The position numbers were made by a program, and so were the translations under genes. Source: Acidimicrobiia bacterium (GTDB lineage: Bacteria; Actinomycetota; Acidimicrobiia; Spongiisociales; ZC4RG35). From it: 64,000 bases of DNA. The DNA is taken from positions 2,368,001 to 2,432,000 of the forward strand of contig OZ244034.1 of assembly GCA_965215185.1 (NCBI GenBank), given 5' to 3'. Shown here piece after piece: positions 19,592 to 29,992 of this stretch (the stretch's first letter is position 1; each line of letters begins with the position of its first letter). The notes under the pieces were generated by a model. The model had not been told where the DNA came from. It saw only the letters and a program-made list of their open reading frames with translations, and searched no databases.

Positions 19592-20104
19592 ATGACTGCC
19601 TTGTTGGACCCGACCAGCGAAAGAACCACCCATAAGCGGCCTCTCAGTCCTCGAATCGCCGATCTTGCCGGACGGACCGTTGCCCTGCTGGACATTTCCA
19701 AACCGCGCGGCGATGTCTTCATAAAGAGACTGGAAGAGCTGTTCTCGCAAAGGGGGGTGTCGGTAAGGCACTACCGCAAGCCCACTTTCTCCAAACCGGC
19801 GCCAATCGATCTGCGCCAGCGGATCGCTGCCGAGTGCACGGCGGTGGTGGAAGCCTTAGCTGACTGAGGATCATGCGCGTCGTGCAGTGTGCACGATCTC
19901 GTTGATCTCGAAGAACGTGGCGTGGCTGGCGTGTTCGTGGCGTCGGACCGTTTCGCCCAGGCAGCCGATACCCAGGGGGAGGCACTGGGAATGCATCCCC
20001 GTCGGGTGTTGACTGCCCATCCCATCCAAGATCGAAGCGACGACGAGATGCGTACCCTCGCCGAAGCTGCCTTTCCCGAGATCCTCGCCGCCCTCTCCCG
20101 CTGA
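19592..20104 (+). CDS. UGSC-family selenoprotein (TGA 19865-19867 read as Sec), 170 aa
   Basis: ORFs 19316..19867 and 19889..20104 are in one frame separated only by TGA: ...VVEALAD-U-GSCASCSVHD... ATG 19592 has upstream AAGGGGG. Confidence 0.88.
19879..19897 (+). promoter_or_regulatory. candidate bacterial SECIS hairpin
   Basis: TCGTGCA-GTG-TGCACGA perfect 7-bp stem with a G-containing loop, beginning 13 nt after the UGA. Confidence 0.7.
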
Positions 20105-20111
20105 AACGGGG

Positions 20112-20862
20112 GTGCGCGGCATCGTCCGGTTGGTAACGTCCGGGGCTACCGGACCTGACAGCATCCTGGAATTGGTGGAAAGAGCCACGAGAGGCTCCGA
20201 CATCAGCATGGCCGCCGGTGGAGTGGGCGAGGGCAACTACAACGAGGTGTTGTTGGAACAGATCGCCGACCAGGCCCAGGGCTGGTATCAGTACATATAC
20301 GACTACCGAAGCGGCGTTCGGTTCCTAGACAAGGTCCTGTCGGGAATCGTGGGTTGGGAAGCAAAAGCCCAGGTGGAGTTCAATCCCGACTCGGTCGAAC
20401 TGTGGCGTCTGATCGGCTACGAAAACCGTAAGATCGACTCGGAGTTGTTCCGAGAGGACGAGTTGGTGAAGAGTCAATCCGCTCCGCTGCTTGGCGGAGT
20501 TGCCACTGCTGCCTTCTTCGAGGTGAAACTGGCTGGTGTCGGCCACCGTGCGTTACCGACCCTGCCTGGACTGCTTCTTCAAGGAGTTGAACATCCGCAC
20601 CCCGGTGGGAGCCGTGGATCTGCCATTCAGCGACGGCGCCTGCGACTATCGGGGCCAGTCCTACGTGATGCAATATGCCGAGTTCGCTCGGAACAGCTTC
20701 TACGCCTGGGACCGCAACACCCCCGACGCGTTGGTGGACGCCCTTTACCGAGATCTGGACACCCTGTATCGGGACGAGCGGGGATCTTGCGAACAGGACT
20801 TGGAGACGGTAGCGCGAACCGTACGCAAGTACCGCAACGCCTCCCCCCTGGAAACCAGATAG
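20112..20862 (+). pseudogene. truncated, frameshifted YfbK-like VWA/DUF3520 gene remnant
   Basis: GVGEGNYNEVLLEQIAD, QVEFNP..V..WRLIGYENR; frame switch near 20535 into YAEFARNS-type C-terminus; N-terminal VWA part missing. Confidence 0.65.
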
Positions 20863-20877
20863 GACCATCCGACCAAG

Positions 20878-20908
20878 AGGAAGGGGGCGGGACACCCACC
20901 CCCTTCCT
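20878..20908. terminator. GC-rich hairpin, probable terminator
   Basis: AGGAAGGGGGCGGG-ACA-CCCACCCCCTTCCT with one mismatch. Confidence 0.55.
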
Positions 20909-20974
20909 TACCGACGGCCGGGTGCCCCATGCAAGACGGTAATTTCATGGTAAGTCCCGTTGGCGGAAGGAAAC

Positions 20975-21670
20975 ATGGTCTTAGAACACCCACGCGCAGA
21001 TGACTACCGAGTGCTTACCTTTGACTGCTACGGGACACTGGTGGATTGGGGTTCAGGAATAACCGGCTATCTACTACCACTGCTTGAGAGCCACAGAGTT
21101 AAGATTTCAGGCGATGTCCTGCTGAAATTGTTCGCAGAGTTGGAGCCGCAAGTTCAGTCCGAAGGCGGTCGCTATGTGCAGGTGTTGCGAGAAGTGCTCA
21201 GGCGCATGGGCGCTCGCCTAGGATTCACCCCGTCCGAAAACGATCTCCAAGGATTCGCGCAGAGCGTCGGCGACTGGGAGCCGTTTCCTGACACCGTGGA
21301 TGCTTTATCGCGACTGGCAGAGCGATTCGATCTGGCCATCATCTCCAATGTGGACAACGACCTCTTCGCCCGCACCAACCGGCTGTTGGAAGTCTCGTTC
21401 AGTCACATCATCACGGCCCAGGACGTGGGCCTTTACAAACCCGACCGCGCCATGTTCGATGCCGCCTTTTCCACTCTGGGTGAGCGGAGCCGAGTCTTGC
21501 ACGTTGCTCAGAGCCTATTTCATGACATCGCCCCGGCCAGCGCTCTGGGCATCAAAACGGTGTGGATCCGGCGCGATCACAACGCAGCAAGGGTGGTAGA
21601 CGCCCGACCCACTTGGAGTTACGCCACTCTCGGGGACTTCACTGACGCCATCTTGGGGGATGCGTCATGA
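20975..21670 (+). CDS. HAD-family hydrolase (haloacid dehalogenase type II-like)
   Basis: Motifs LTFDCYGTLVDW, ISNVD, YKPD and HVAQSLFHDI. Confidence 0.9.
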   Translation: MVLEHPRADDYRVLTFDCYGTLVDWGSGITGYLLPLLESHRVKISGDVLLKLFAELEPQVQSEGGRYVQVLREVLRRMGARLGFTPSENDLQGFAQSVGDWEPFPDTVDALSRLAERFDLAIISNVDNDLFARTNRLLEVSFSHIITAQDVGLYKPDRAMFDAAFSTLGERSRVLHVAQSLFHDIAPASALGIKTVWIRRDHNAARVVDARPTWSYATLGDFTDAILGDAS

Positions 21671-21713
21671 CCGTGGTCACTACTTGTTTTTCACCGAATG
21701 GCGAGTCTTGACT

Positions 21714-22178
21714 ATGGCCCCCCGAGCCAGTGCAGGATTGCTGATCTATCGCCGCCGTGCATCCGGGGCTCTGGAAGTGCTGCTCGGCCATTACGGTGGG
21801 CCGTTCTGGGCTCGCCGGGACCAGGGCGCGTGGACGGTGTTCAAGGGAGCGCCGCATCAAGACGAAACTGTTTTGGAGACTGCTACCCGCGAGTTCGAGG
21901 AGGAAACGGGTTGGAAGGCGCCATCGGATCCGTGGCTACCGCTCCCCCAGGTCAAGGCCGCCAACCAGATCATGAACATCTGGGCGGTGGAAGCCGATTT
22001 CAATACGGCCGCACTTGCCCCAGGGCTCTTCTCAATGGAATGGCCGCCCCGCTCCGGAAAGACCCAGGAGTTTCCTGAAATCGACCGGGCCGAGTGGTTT
22101 TCCATTTCCGAAGCCCGGGGCAAGCTGTCCTCCAGCCAGACAGTGCTGTTGGATCACCTGATCTGTCTCCTTCAATAA
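21714..22178 (+). CDS. NUDIX hydrolase
   Basis: Nudix box (ATREFEEETG), H.GGPFW, EWPPRSG..QEFPEIDR. Confidence 0.88.
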   Translation: MAPRASAGLLIYRRRASGALEVLLGHYGGPFWARRDQGAWTVFKGAPHQDETVLETATREFEEETGWKAPSDPWLPLPQVKAANQIMNIWAVEADFNTAALAPGLFSMEWPPRSGKTQEFPEIDRAEWFSISEARGKLSSSQTVLLDHLICLLQ

Positions 22179-22293
22179 TGCTCTTTGTATCCGAAACGCT
22201 GCCAGACCATGTTCGCTAGGACCGGCAACACCCCCTAAGACTGTCCGACATACCCAAATGTGATTGCGGTGGTGGGTCGGTTTCGGCCAGGCG

Positions 22294-23283
22294 TTATCGC
22301 TGCACCCGTCCCGGGGTGGGGCGGTTCTCCAGCAAGGCCGCGATCTCGTCTTTGTCCACAACTGCCATGTCTCCGGGGGTGGCGTACTTCAGGCTGGCGG
22401 CGGCCACGCCCCAGTCCAGGCAGCGTCCCAACTTGTCGGGACCCGGAGGGAACTGCAGCCAGCCGTACAGAAAACCGGCGTTGAAGGCGTCGCCGCCGCC
22501 CAGCCGGCCGATGGGCGTGGTGGGAATGGCCGGACGATACACCATTTCGCTCCCCGGGAGGCAGGCGATCGCCCCCTCGGCCCCCCGGGTGACCACGCAT
22601 ACCTGGTCGGGCAACCGCCGCCGGAGCCATTCCAGGGCGCCTTCGGGGTCCGACCCGGTCGAGAACACCGTCATCAGGTCGCTGGCCGAGGAAATGACAA
22701 TCGACGCCCGCTGCATGTGGTGCAACAGTTCGCCGCGGGCTTCTCTTGGCGACCACAGGCCGGCCCGGTAGTTGGTGTCGAAGCTGATCGGCCGCCCGGC
22801 GGCGCGGGCCACTTCCATGACATGGCGCGTGGTCAGTCGAGCTGACTCGCCGATGGCCGGAGTGATACCGGTGAGGTGCACCAGCCGGCAACGCTCAGAG
22901 GAGAACAGCCCGGGGTCGATGTCGGTGGGACTGAGGCCACTGGCGGCGCTGGCCGCCCGGTCGTAGACCACCCGCTGGCGCCGGGCCGGTGGGCCATCCT
23001 CGTAGAAGTAGAGGCCGAGGCGTTCGCCGGGGCGTCGCACCACATGGGAGACATCCACCCCGTGGCGGGAAAGCTCGGCGCATACCAGGTCCCCCAGCGG
23101 CGACCTGGGAAGGCGCGAAATCCACGCGCAGCGTAACCCCATCCGGGCCAGTCCCACCGCCGTGTTCGATTCGGTGCCGCCTACCTCCACCTCGAAGCGA
23201 CGAGCTTGGTCCAGCCGGCCCGCCCCAGGCGGGGTCAGGCGCAGCATCGTCTCACCCAGGGTCACGACATCATAAAAGGTCAT
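22294..23283 (-). CDS. PfkB-family sugar kinase (KdgK-like)
   Basis: Motifs GETMLRL, GGTESN, FDTNYR, TRGAEGA and GGGDAFNAGF. Confidence 0.88.
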   Translation of the reverse strand: MTFYDVVTLGETMLRLTPPGAGRLDQARRFEVEVGGTESNTAVGLARMGLRCAWISRLPRSPLGDLVCAELSRHGVDVSHVVRRPGERLGLYFYEDGPPARRQRVVYDRAASAASGLSPTDIDPGLFSSERCRLVHLTGITPAIGESARLTTRHVMEVARAAGRPISFDTNYRAGLWSPREARGELLHHMQRASIVISSASDLMTVFSTGSDPEGALEWLRRRLPDQVCVVTRGAEGAIACLPGSEMVYRPAIPTTPIGRLGGGDAFNAGFLYGWLQFPPGPDKLGRCLDWGVAAASLKYATPGDMAVVDKDEIAALLENRPTPGRVQR

Positions 23284-23479
23284 TTTCTTCCTTGGGCCTC
23301 TCGCCGCGGCGGCCTCTTCAATCATATCGAAGGAGGGGAACTGCCCTTGGCCTGCCACCCACCGAGGCACGGATACAAGAAAGGTTCACTGCATCCGCCG
23401 CCCGACCGAACGGGGCAACACCTGGTCGCAAAAGCAACTGCAACCACCGGAACAACCGAAACCTCTTTCTGTAAAGTTC

Positions 23480-23890
23480 ATGGATATGAGCGAAAAGACT
23501 GCCCTACCCCAATCCGACGGCGAGTGGCGGGAGCGCCTTGACCCGATGCAATACCGCGTGCTGCGGGAAGGCGACACCGAGCACCCCTTCACTGGCACTT
23601 ACTGGAACACCAAGGACCCCGGAATCTACGCCTGCGCGGGATGCGGAATGGAACTGTTCGATTCCAACACCAAATTTGATTCGGGCACCGGGTGGCCCTC
23701 CTTCTGGGAAGCCATGGATCCGCAACGAATTGAAACCCGTATCGACACTGCACACGGCATGGTCCGCACCGAAGTGCTGTGCAAGGCGTGCGGGGGTCAC
23801 CTCGGACATGTGTTCCCGGACGGCCCCGGCCCTGCCGGGATGCGTTATTGCCTCAACTCCTGCTCACTGGACTTGAAGCCCTCCGACTAA
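23480..23890 (+). CDS. msrB: peptide-methionine (R)-S-oxide reductase
   Basis: KFDSGTGWPSF, HLGHVFPDGP, RYCLNS, two CxxC motifs. Confidence 0.96.
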   Translation: MDMSEKTALPQSDGEWRERLDPMQYRVLREGDTEHPFTGTYWNTKDPGIYACAGCGMELFDSNTKFDSGTGWPSFWEAMDPQRIETRIDTAHGMVRTEVLCKACGGHLGHVFPDGPGPAGMRYCLNSCSLDLKPSD

Positions 23891-23918
23891 GCACATCGGC
23901 TCCAGCAGAAAAGTCGAT

Positions 23919-23947
23919 TTGACAATTAGCGATTGCGGAAATATGAT
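23919..23947 (+). promoter_or_regulatory. sigma70/SigA-type promoter of the dnaK operon
   Basis: TTGACA-17 nt-TATGAT. Confidence 0.75.
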
Positions 23948-24050
23948 AGCCCCTTTGTTAGGTTGTAATAGATAGAACAGCCAATACGGACCCTTCACCG
24001 ACTGGTGCGGGGACCGTGCCTCAAATCGAAACAACGGAGGAGCAATCAAT

Positions 24051-25877
24051 ATGGCATCCGCAGTCGGAATTGACCTCGGAACCACTAACAGCGTGATCGC
24101 CGCCTTGGACGGCGCCGATCCGGTTATCATCGCCAACGCCGAGGGGTCGCGTACCACGCCCTCGGTGGTGGCTTTCAAGGACGGAGAGATCCTAGTGGGA
24201 GAGGTAGCCAAGCGGCAGGCCATCACCAATCCCGACTTCACCGTCCGCTCGGTGAAGAGAGAAATGGGCACCAACTGGTCCATCGAGGTCGACCAAAAGA
24301 CCTATCGGGCGCAGGAGATCGCGGCCCGGGTACTGCTCAAACTCAAGCGCGACGCCGAAGCCTATCTGGGGGAGCCCATCACCGACGCGGTGGTCACCGT
24401 CCCCGCCTACTTCAACGACGCGCAGCGTCAGGCCACCAAGGAGGCCGGAGTCATCGCCGGGCTGAACGTGCTGCGCATTATCAACGAGCCGACCGCGGCT
24501 TCACTTGCTTATGGCCTCGACAAGGAGGACGATCAGACCATCCTGGTATTCGACTTGGGTGGCGGAACTTTCGATGTCTCCATCCTGGAGATCGGCGAAG
24601 GCGTCTTTGAGGTAAAGTCGACCAGCGGTGACACCAATCTGGGTGGCGACGACTGGGACCAGGCCATCATCAACTGGCTGAACAAGCGTTTCCGCGATGA
24701 ACACGGAGTTGACCTCGCCGCCGATCGGATGGCCGTCCAGCGACTCCGGGAAGCCGCCGAGAAAGCCAAGATAGAGCTTTCCTCCGTGGCCGAGACCGAA
24801 GTCAACCTTCCCTTCGTGACAGCTACCTCGGCCGGACCGCTGCACCTGCAGTACAAACTGACCCGCTCGGAGTTCCTAAGGCTTTCCGAGCCTCTCCTCA
24901 AGCGTTTGGAAAGGCCCTTCCTCTCCGCCGTGAAGGACGCGGGTGTCAAGACGTCGGACATCGACCATGTCGTGATGGTGGGAGGGTCCACCCGCATGCC
25001 CGCCGTGCAGGAGTTGGTGGAAAGGCTGTCCGGACGCAAGCCCCACCGGGGAGTCAACCCGGACGAGGTGGTGGCAGCCGGAGCTGCTATCCAGGCCGGT
25101 GTGCTCAAGGGCGAGGTGAAAGATGTCCTGCTGCTGGACGTCACTCCGCTGACCCTGGGGGTGGAAACCAAGGGAGCGGTGATGACCAAGATGATCGAGC
25201 GCAACACCACCATCCCCACCCGCCGCTCGGAGATCTTTACCACCGCGGACAGTAACCAACCGTCGGTGGAGATCCATGTGCTGCAGGGAGAGCGCGCCAT
25301 GGCCATGGATAACAAGAGCCTGGGCAAGTTCCTTCTGACCGGGATTCCCCCCGCCCCCATGGGGGTGCCCCAAATCGAGGTCACCTTCGACATCGACGCC
25401 AACGGGATAGTGAACGTCTCCGCCAAGGATTTGGCCACCGGCAAGCAGCAGGCCATGACCATCACGGGCGGAACTGCCCTGGGCCGGGACGCGATCGACG
25501 AAATGGTCCGTAACGCCGAGCAGTACGAGGAAGAGGACCGCAAGAAGCGAGAGGCCGTCGAGACCCGCAACCAAGCTGAGCAACTGGTGCATCAAACCGA
25601 GCAACTCATGTCGGAACAGAGCGAACAGTTGACCGACGAAGAGAAGAGTGCCTTGGAAACGGCGCTATCCGACCTGCGGGCGGTACTGGAGGATCAAAAC
25701 GCCGACTCCGCGGCGGTGCGCGAGAAAATGGAAGCGATGATCGCGGCCAGCCAGCAGATGGCTACCCGCCTCTACCAAGAGGCAGCCGCCCAAGCCCAGC
25801 AGAGCGAAGCCACCAGCGGCGAAGACCATGATGACGATGTGGTGGAGGCCGAGATCATCGAAGACGAGGACGAATAG
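24051..25877 (+). CDS. dnaK: molecular chaperone DnaK
   Basis: Motifs [27 protein letters not shown] and NPDEVVA. Confidence 0.98.
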   Translation: MASAVGIDLGTTNSVIAALDGADPVIIANAEGSRTTPSVVAFKDGEILVGEVAKRQAITNPDFTVRSVKREMGTNWSIEVDQKTYRAQEIAARVLLKLKRDAEAYLGEPITDAVVTVPAYFNDAQRQATKEAGVIAGLNVLRIINEPTAASLAYGLDKEDDQTILVFDLGGGTFDVSILEIGEGVFEVKSTSGDTNLGGDDWDQAIINWLNKRFRDEHGVDLAADRMAVQRLREAAEKAKIELSSVAETEVNLPFVTATSAGPLHLQYKLTRSEFLRLSEPLLKRLERPFLSAVKDAGVKTSDIDHVVMVGGSTRMPAVQELVERLSGRKPHRGVNPDEVVAAGAAIQAGVLKGEVKDVLLLDVTPLTLGVETKGAVMTKMIERNTTIPTRRSEIFTTADSNQPSVEIHVLQGERAMAMDNKSLGKFLLTGIPPAPMGVPQIEVTFDIDANGIVNVSAKDLATGKQQAMTITGGTALGRDAIDEMVRNAEQYEEEDRKKREAVETRNQAEQLVHQTEQLMSEQSEQLTDEEKSALETALSDLRAVLEDQNADSAAVREKMEAMIAASQQMATRLYQEAAAQAQQSEATSGEDHDDDVVEAEIIEDEDE

Positions 25878-25880
25878 ACA

Positions 25881-26516
25881 GTGGACGACTCCCAACACAC
25901 CCTTGACGCGGTGGGCTCCGATCTCACATTGGAGCACGTTCCTGCCCAAGAGGTGGAGATAGTCGCGGAGCAGGACGAGGCGGGACCGGATGCCGACCTT
26001 CCCGAAGGGACGGAAGAGCCTTCCCAGGATCCCGCCGAGACCCTGACCATCGTTATGGCGGCCCTTCATGAGGCGGAGCAGAGAGCCGAGCAAGCTCATC
26101 AGTCCTACCTGCGGGCGGTGGCCGACCTGGACAATTACCGCAAGCGAATGCGCCGGGAACAGTCAACCATCGCCTCCCGAGCGGAGGGGCGGGCCGTGAC
26201 GTCTATGCTGCCCGTCCTGGACAGCTTCGATGCGGCACTGGGGATAGAGGTGTCCTCCGACCAGGAACAGAACGTCCTGTCGGGGATAAGGGCCACCTAC
26301 GAGTTGATGCTGAGCACCCTGCAGAACCATGGCCTGGAGATCGTCCCCACCGCCGGCCAAGACTTTTCCCCCGACATACACCAACCGATCAACGCCCCAC
26401 CGGAGGGAGACGGAGCGGTGATTGTGTCGAACGAGGTGCGCCGCGGGTATCAGCTTAAGGGACAACTCCTACGGCCCGCCTTGGTCCTGGTTACCAGAAG
26501 GGGTGAATCTGAGTAG
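25881..26516 (+). CDS. grpE: nucleotide exchange factor GrpE
   Basis: YLRAVADLDNYRKR, GY.L..QLLRPALV; operon position. Confidence 0.95.
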   Translation: MDDSQHTLDAVGSDLTLEHVPAQEVEIVAEQDEAGPDADLPEGTEEPSQDPAETLTIVMAALHEAEQRAEQAHQSYLRAVADLDNYRKRMRREQSTIASRAEGRAVTSMLPVLDSFDAALGIEVSSDQEQNVLSGIRATYELMLSTLQNHGLEIVPTAGQDFSPDIHQPINAPPEGDGAVIVSNEVRRGYQLKGQLLRPALVLVTRRGESE

Positions 26517-27638
26517 ATGAATCGCGACTGGGTAGATAAGGACTTCTATCAGACCCTGGGGGTCAGCAGATCCAACAGCGCCGAGGAGATCAAGCGCGCT
26601 TATCGTAAGCTCGCCCGGCTCCACCACCCCGACGCCAACCCCGGTGACGACAGCAAAGCGGAGAGGTTCAAGGAGATCTCTGAGGCCTACTCGGTTCTCT
26701 CGGATGCCGAGCGGCGCAAGGAATACGACGAGGTCCGCCGCCTGGTCGAGTCGGGAGGGTATCGACACTTCCCAGGTGTAGGTGGCGGCGGTTCTCCGTT
26801 CGGGGGACAGGTCAATCTGGAAGACCTACTGGGGGGCCTGGGAGGCTTCGGGGATCTGTTCGGACGGGCGGGACGGCAGACGAGGACCGCCAAAGGTGCA
26901 GACCTCACCGCTGAGTTGCAAATCGCCTTCGAAGAATCCCTGGAGGGCCTCACCAGATCCATTGCGGTGAAGGGCCAGGCCACCTGTCCCGACTGTCGGG
27001 GTACGGGAGCTCGGGCAGGCACCATACCCGACATCTGTCCGGCCTGCTCGGGACAGGGCACGAGCGTCCAGAACCAGGGAATGTTTTCGTTCAGCCGACC
27101 CTGCCGCCAGTGCCAAGGCTCGGGAAGGATGATCAAAGACCCCTGTCCGGGGTGTCGGGGAAGAGGAGCCCGCCACCGCACCCGCAAGGTACACGTCAAG
27201 ATTCCCGCCGGCGTCAAGGACGGGAGCCGCTTAAGGATCAGAGGGAAGGGCGCGGCGGGCCAATCCGGTGGACCACCGGGTGATCTGATATTGAAGGTGG
27301 AAGTCGAACGCCACCCACTATTCGAGCGGCGCGGCAACCATCTCAATTTGGTGCTGCCCCTTACCTACAGCGAAGCCGCCCTGGGCGCCACCTTGGAGAT
27401 TCCCACCCTCAACGGGGCCGTCAAGCTGCGGGTTCCACCCGGTACCCCCAACGGCAAGACCTTTCGAATCAGAGGGCGAGGAGTGCCCACCCGCAAGGGC
27501 AAAGCCGGTGACCTACTGGTGGAAGCCAGAGTCCAGATCCCCAAACGTGTCACCACACAGCAGCGGAAACTGCTGGAAAACCTCGCCGAGTTGGATGGCA
27601 ACGATATACGCTCCCATTTTGTGTTGAACAATGAGTAG
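26517..27638 (+). CDS. dnaJ: chaperone DnaJ
   Basis: J domain with HPD, G/F region, four CxxCxGxG repeats. Confidence 0.97.
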   Translation: MNRDWVDKDFYQTLGVSRSNSAEEIKRAYRKLARLHHPDANPGDDSKAERFKEISEAYSVLSDAERRKEYDEVRRLVESGGYRHFPGVGGGGSPFGGQVNLEDLLGGLGGFGDLFGRAGRQTRTAKGADLTAELQIAFEESLEGLTRSIAVKGQATCPDCRGTGARAGTIPDICPACSGQGTSVQNQGMFSFSRPCRQCQGSGRMIKDPCPGCRGRGARHRTRKVHVKIPAGVKDGSRLRIRGKGAAGQSGGPPGDLILKVEVERHPLFERRGNHLNLVLPLTYSEAALGATLEIPTLNGAVKLRVPPGTPNGKTFRIRGRGVPTRKGKAGDLLVEARVQIPKRVTTQQRKLLENLAELDGNDIRSHFVLNNE

Positions 27639-28089
27639 CCGACAGGAAGCCGTGTTCGTGATATCGGTGGCGGCCCGGTTATCGGGCATGCATCCTCAGA
27701 CCTTGCGCATCTACGAACGGCGCGGCCTGTTGTCGCCCTACCGCACCGAGGGAGGCACCCGCCGCTACTCCCAGCAGGACATCGACAGGCTGCTACTCAT
27801 CAGTGAACTCACCTCGGCCGGGCTCAATCTGGAGGGGGCGAAGATGGTGATGGAACTACAGGACCAACTTCTAGAGATACAAAGAGAGAGGCGAAGCCGA
27901 CGACGGCACCGGGAAATATTGGCCAGCACCGCCGGGCGGGCAGTCCAACTGGAAGCAGAAAACAAGCGGCTGCGGGCCAAGATCCGCGAACTCGACGACC
28001 GCTTGGGTGCCGTCTCCGGAGAATTGGAGGGCCTGCGCCGCATCTACTACCAGAACCTGTCGAGCCAAGGCGCGCATGAGCATGGCTAA
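27631..28089 (+). CDS. hspR: heat-shock repressor HspR (MerR family)
   Basis: VISVAARLSGMHPQTLRIYER..GGTRRYS; follows dnaJ. Confidence 0.93.
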   Translation: MSSRQEAVFVISVAARLSGMHPQTLRIYERRGLLSPYRTEGGTRRYSQQDIDRLLLISELTSAGLNLEGAKMVMELQDQLLEIQRERRSRRRHREILASTAGRAVQLEAENKRLRAKIRELDDRLGAVSGELEGLRRIYYQNLSSQGAHEHG

Positions 28090-28101
28090 TCTGATAAACC
28101 C

Positions 28102-28383
28102 GTGAGCGACTCCTACCAAGGCATCCTGAGAGTGATGGACCCTAACGGGTTCCTGCTGGACATTGGGTCGGCCGGACTGCAGATCATCAATTCGGCGCGA
28201 AGGACTTGGGGCGGCGAACTCACCGTTTCAAGAGGTTCGTGTCTGGACAGAAAGAGCTTGACCACTTTGGTGGAGACGACCGACGGAACCCGATCACTGG
28301 CTCAGATAGGCCCGACAGACAGATCCGATCCGGGCCGCTTCGTCAAGATGGACGTGGTTGGTCTGGGAGAGGCGCCCTTTTAA
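28102..28383 (+). CDS. small hypothetical protein (possibly DUF4873-like)
   Basis: 93-aa beta-rich ORF with TWGG and terminal G.GEAPF. Confidence 0.55.
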   Translation: MSDSYQGILRVMDPNGFLLDIGSAGLQIINSARRTWGGELTVSRGSCLDRKSLTTLVETTDGTRSLAQIGPTDRSDPGRFVKMDVVGLGEAPF

Positions 28384-28510
28384 CCCCGCACCCAAACTGG
28401 GCACCGCCCGCCCACCAACAGCCGGACCGTCGATCAACGCTCGTTCCTAGCGGCCCGGCATCCAGGCCGGGGCTTGATCGGCGTAGTCGTTGTCGATGCT
28501 CCTATGGTTG

Positions 28511-29772
28511 TCAAATCGAGTTTTGGTGGGGTGTGAGGGCGGTGAGCCATTGGTGGTATTGGGTGGCGAGTTGATGGTTGTGGTAGATGCCTCGCTCGAG
28601 TTGTGAGAGGCGTACTGGGTAGGTTTGTAGGGCTGTGGCGGCGTGGGTGAGGGTTGTTAGCGCGTTTTTGCGTAGACAGCGAAGATGGGCGCCGTTGGGA
28701 GTTTCGGGTGGATTGGTGAGCAGGTGGTAGATCTGGCGGGCGATGTGGCGTTTCAGGCAGCGGATGATCTCCCGGCGGTTTTTGCCTTCTGTTTGTCTTT
28801 TTTGGGCGTAGGCGATGGTGGTCTGGTCGTAGCGCATGCGGGTGATGGCGATCCGCCACAGGGCATTGTTGGCTTGGCGGTTGCCGCCCCGGTTGAGACG
28901 GTGGCGTATGGTCCGTCCCGACGACGCCTGGACGGGACTGGCGCCGCACAATGCTGCGAAGGACGCTTCCGATTGCATGCGTTCGGGGTTGTCACCAGCG
29001 GTGACCAACAGGGCAGCGGCGGTGTCGGCGCCGACTCCGGAGGCGGCTAACAGCGCCGGTGTCGGCGCCGACTCCGGAGGCGGCTAACAGCGCCTGGGCG
29101 CAGAGATGGTTGATCTGGGTGGTGAGCTCTTCGATCTCGGCGGTGAGCGCCTGATATCGGCGGGCCAGGGAACGCAGCGCCTTTTTGGCGTAGGTGACGG
29201 TGATGGTGGCTGTTCGGGGACGGAAACCGGCGCAGGCCTTGACGCGGGCTTTGGCCGGCAGTCCCCCCAGTTGGTGTTTGACCTGGTCGGGGGCGGTTAC
29301 CACCAAAGCGTGCAGCTGGTTTATGGCCTGGGTGCGGGCTTTGGTCGCCGAACGGCGGGCCACCGAAAGCATCCGTATTGCTTCCACCCGACCGTTGCCG
29401 CTTTTGGGCACCGCAGTGGCCTGTCCGTTGAGAACCGCCCGTGCCGCTCCTTGGGCGTCGGTGGCGTCGGTCTTGCCCAACCGGCGGCGCAACTGCCGGT
29501 TGGGACGGTTCACCTCTGTCACCTCGACACCGGCCTCGGTTAGATAACGGGCCAGGCCGGCGCCGTAACTGCCCGTGCCCTCTATACCGACCCGGACCAC
29601 TCGACCGTGTGACCCCAACCAGTCGCCCAGTTGCTGATAACCGGCCTGCATCGGCCACGAAGGAGGCTGTTCCCAAGACCCGACCGGTGCTGTCCACCAC
29701 CACCGCCATATGAACATCCCGGTGGGTGTCCACCCCACCAAACACAATCCGATCATCCTTTGACATATGCAT
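28511..29772 (-). pseudogene. IS110 DEDD recombinase/transposase, frameshifted twice, with C-terminal HTH-like extension
   Basis: GGVDTH / GIEGTGSYG / GKTDATDA / SSG catalytic motifs lie in different frames; breaks near 29650 and at a 37-bp duplication. Confidence 0.88.
29020..29093. repeat. 37-bp perfect tandem duplication inside the IS110 transposase
   Basis: CGGTGTCGGCGCCGACTCCGGAGGCGGCTAACAGCGC at 29020-29056 and 29057-29093. Confidence 0.93.
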
Positions 29773-29809
29773 CTTCTCCTCTCAAAGGTAGAATTCGTTT
29801 CTGTTCTCC

Positions 29810-29992
29810 ACTGACCCGAAAAAGCGGTGGACAGACCACTCAGAATGAGGGAGAAGCAAAGCTCCTATCAGGTCACAGCCGCTCTGTCGGGAGAGCACCG
29901 CCCCCAGACCGAAGGCGGGCCGACAGATCGACTCAAAGGCACAATCGGCCAGGTAGCTGTCGGGTCAGACCCGCCCCGGCCTGGGGGCACCT
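29810..29992 (-). ncRNA. putative IS110 bridge RNA (ends approximate)
   Basis: Non-coding left end carries GACAGCTA (matches target left), GTCG (complement of target right), ATAGGAGC (matches donor left) and TGAGTG (complement of donor right), in the order LTG-RTG-LDG-RDG. Confidence 0.8.
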
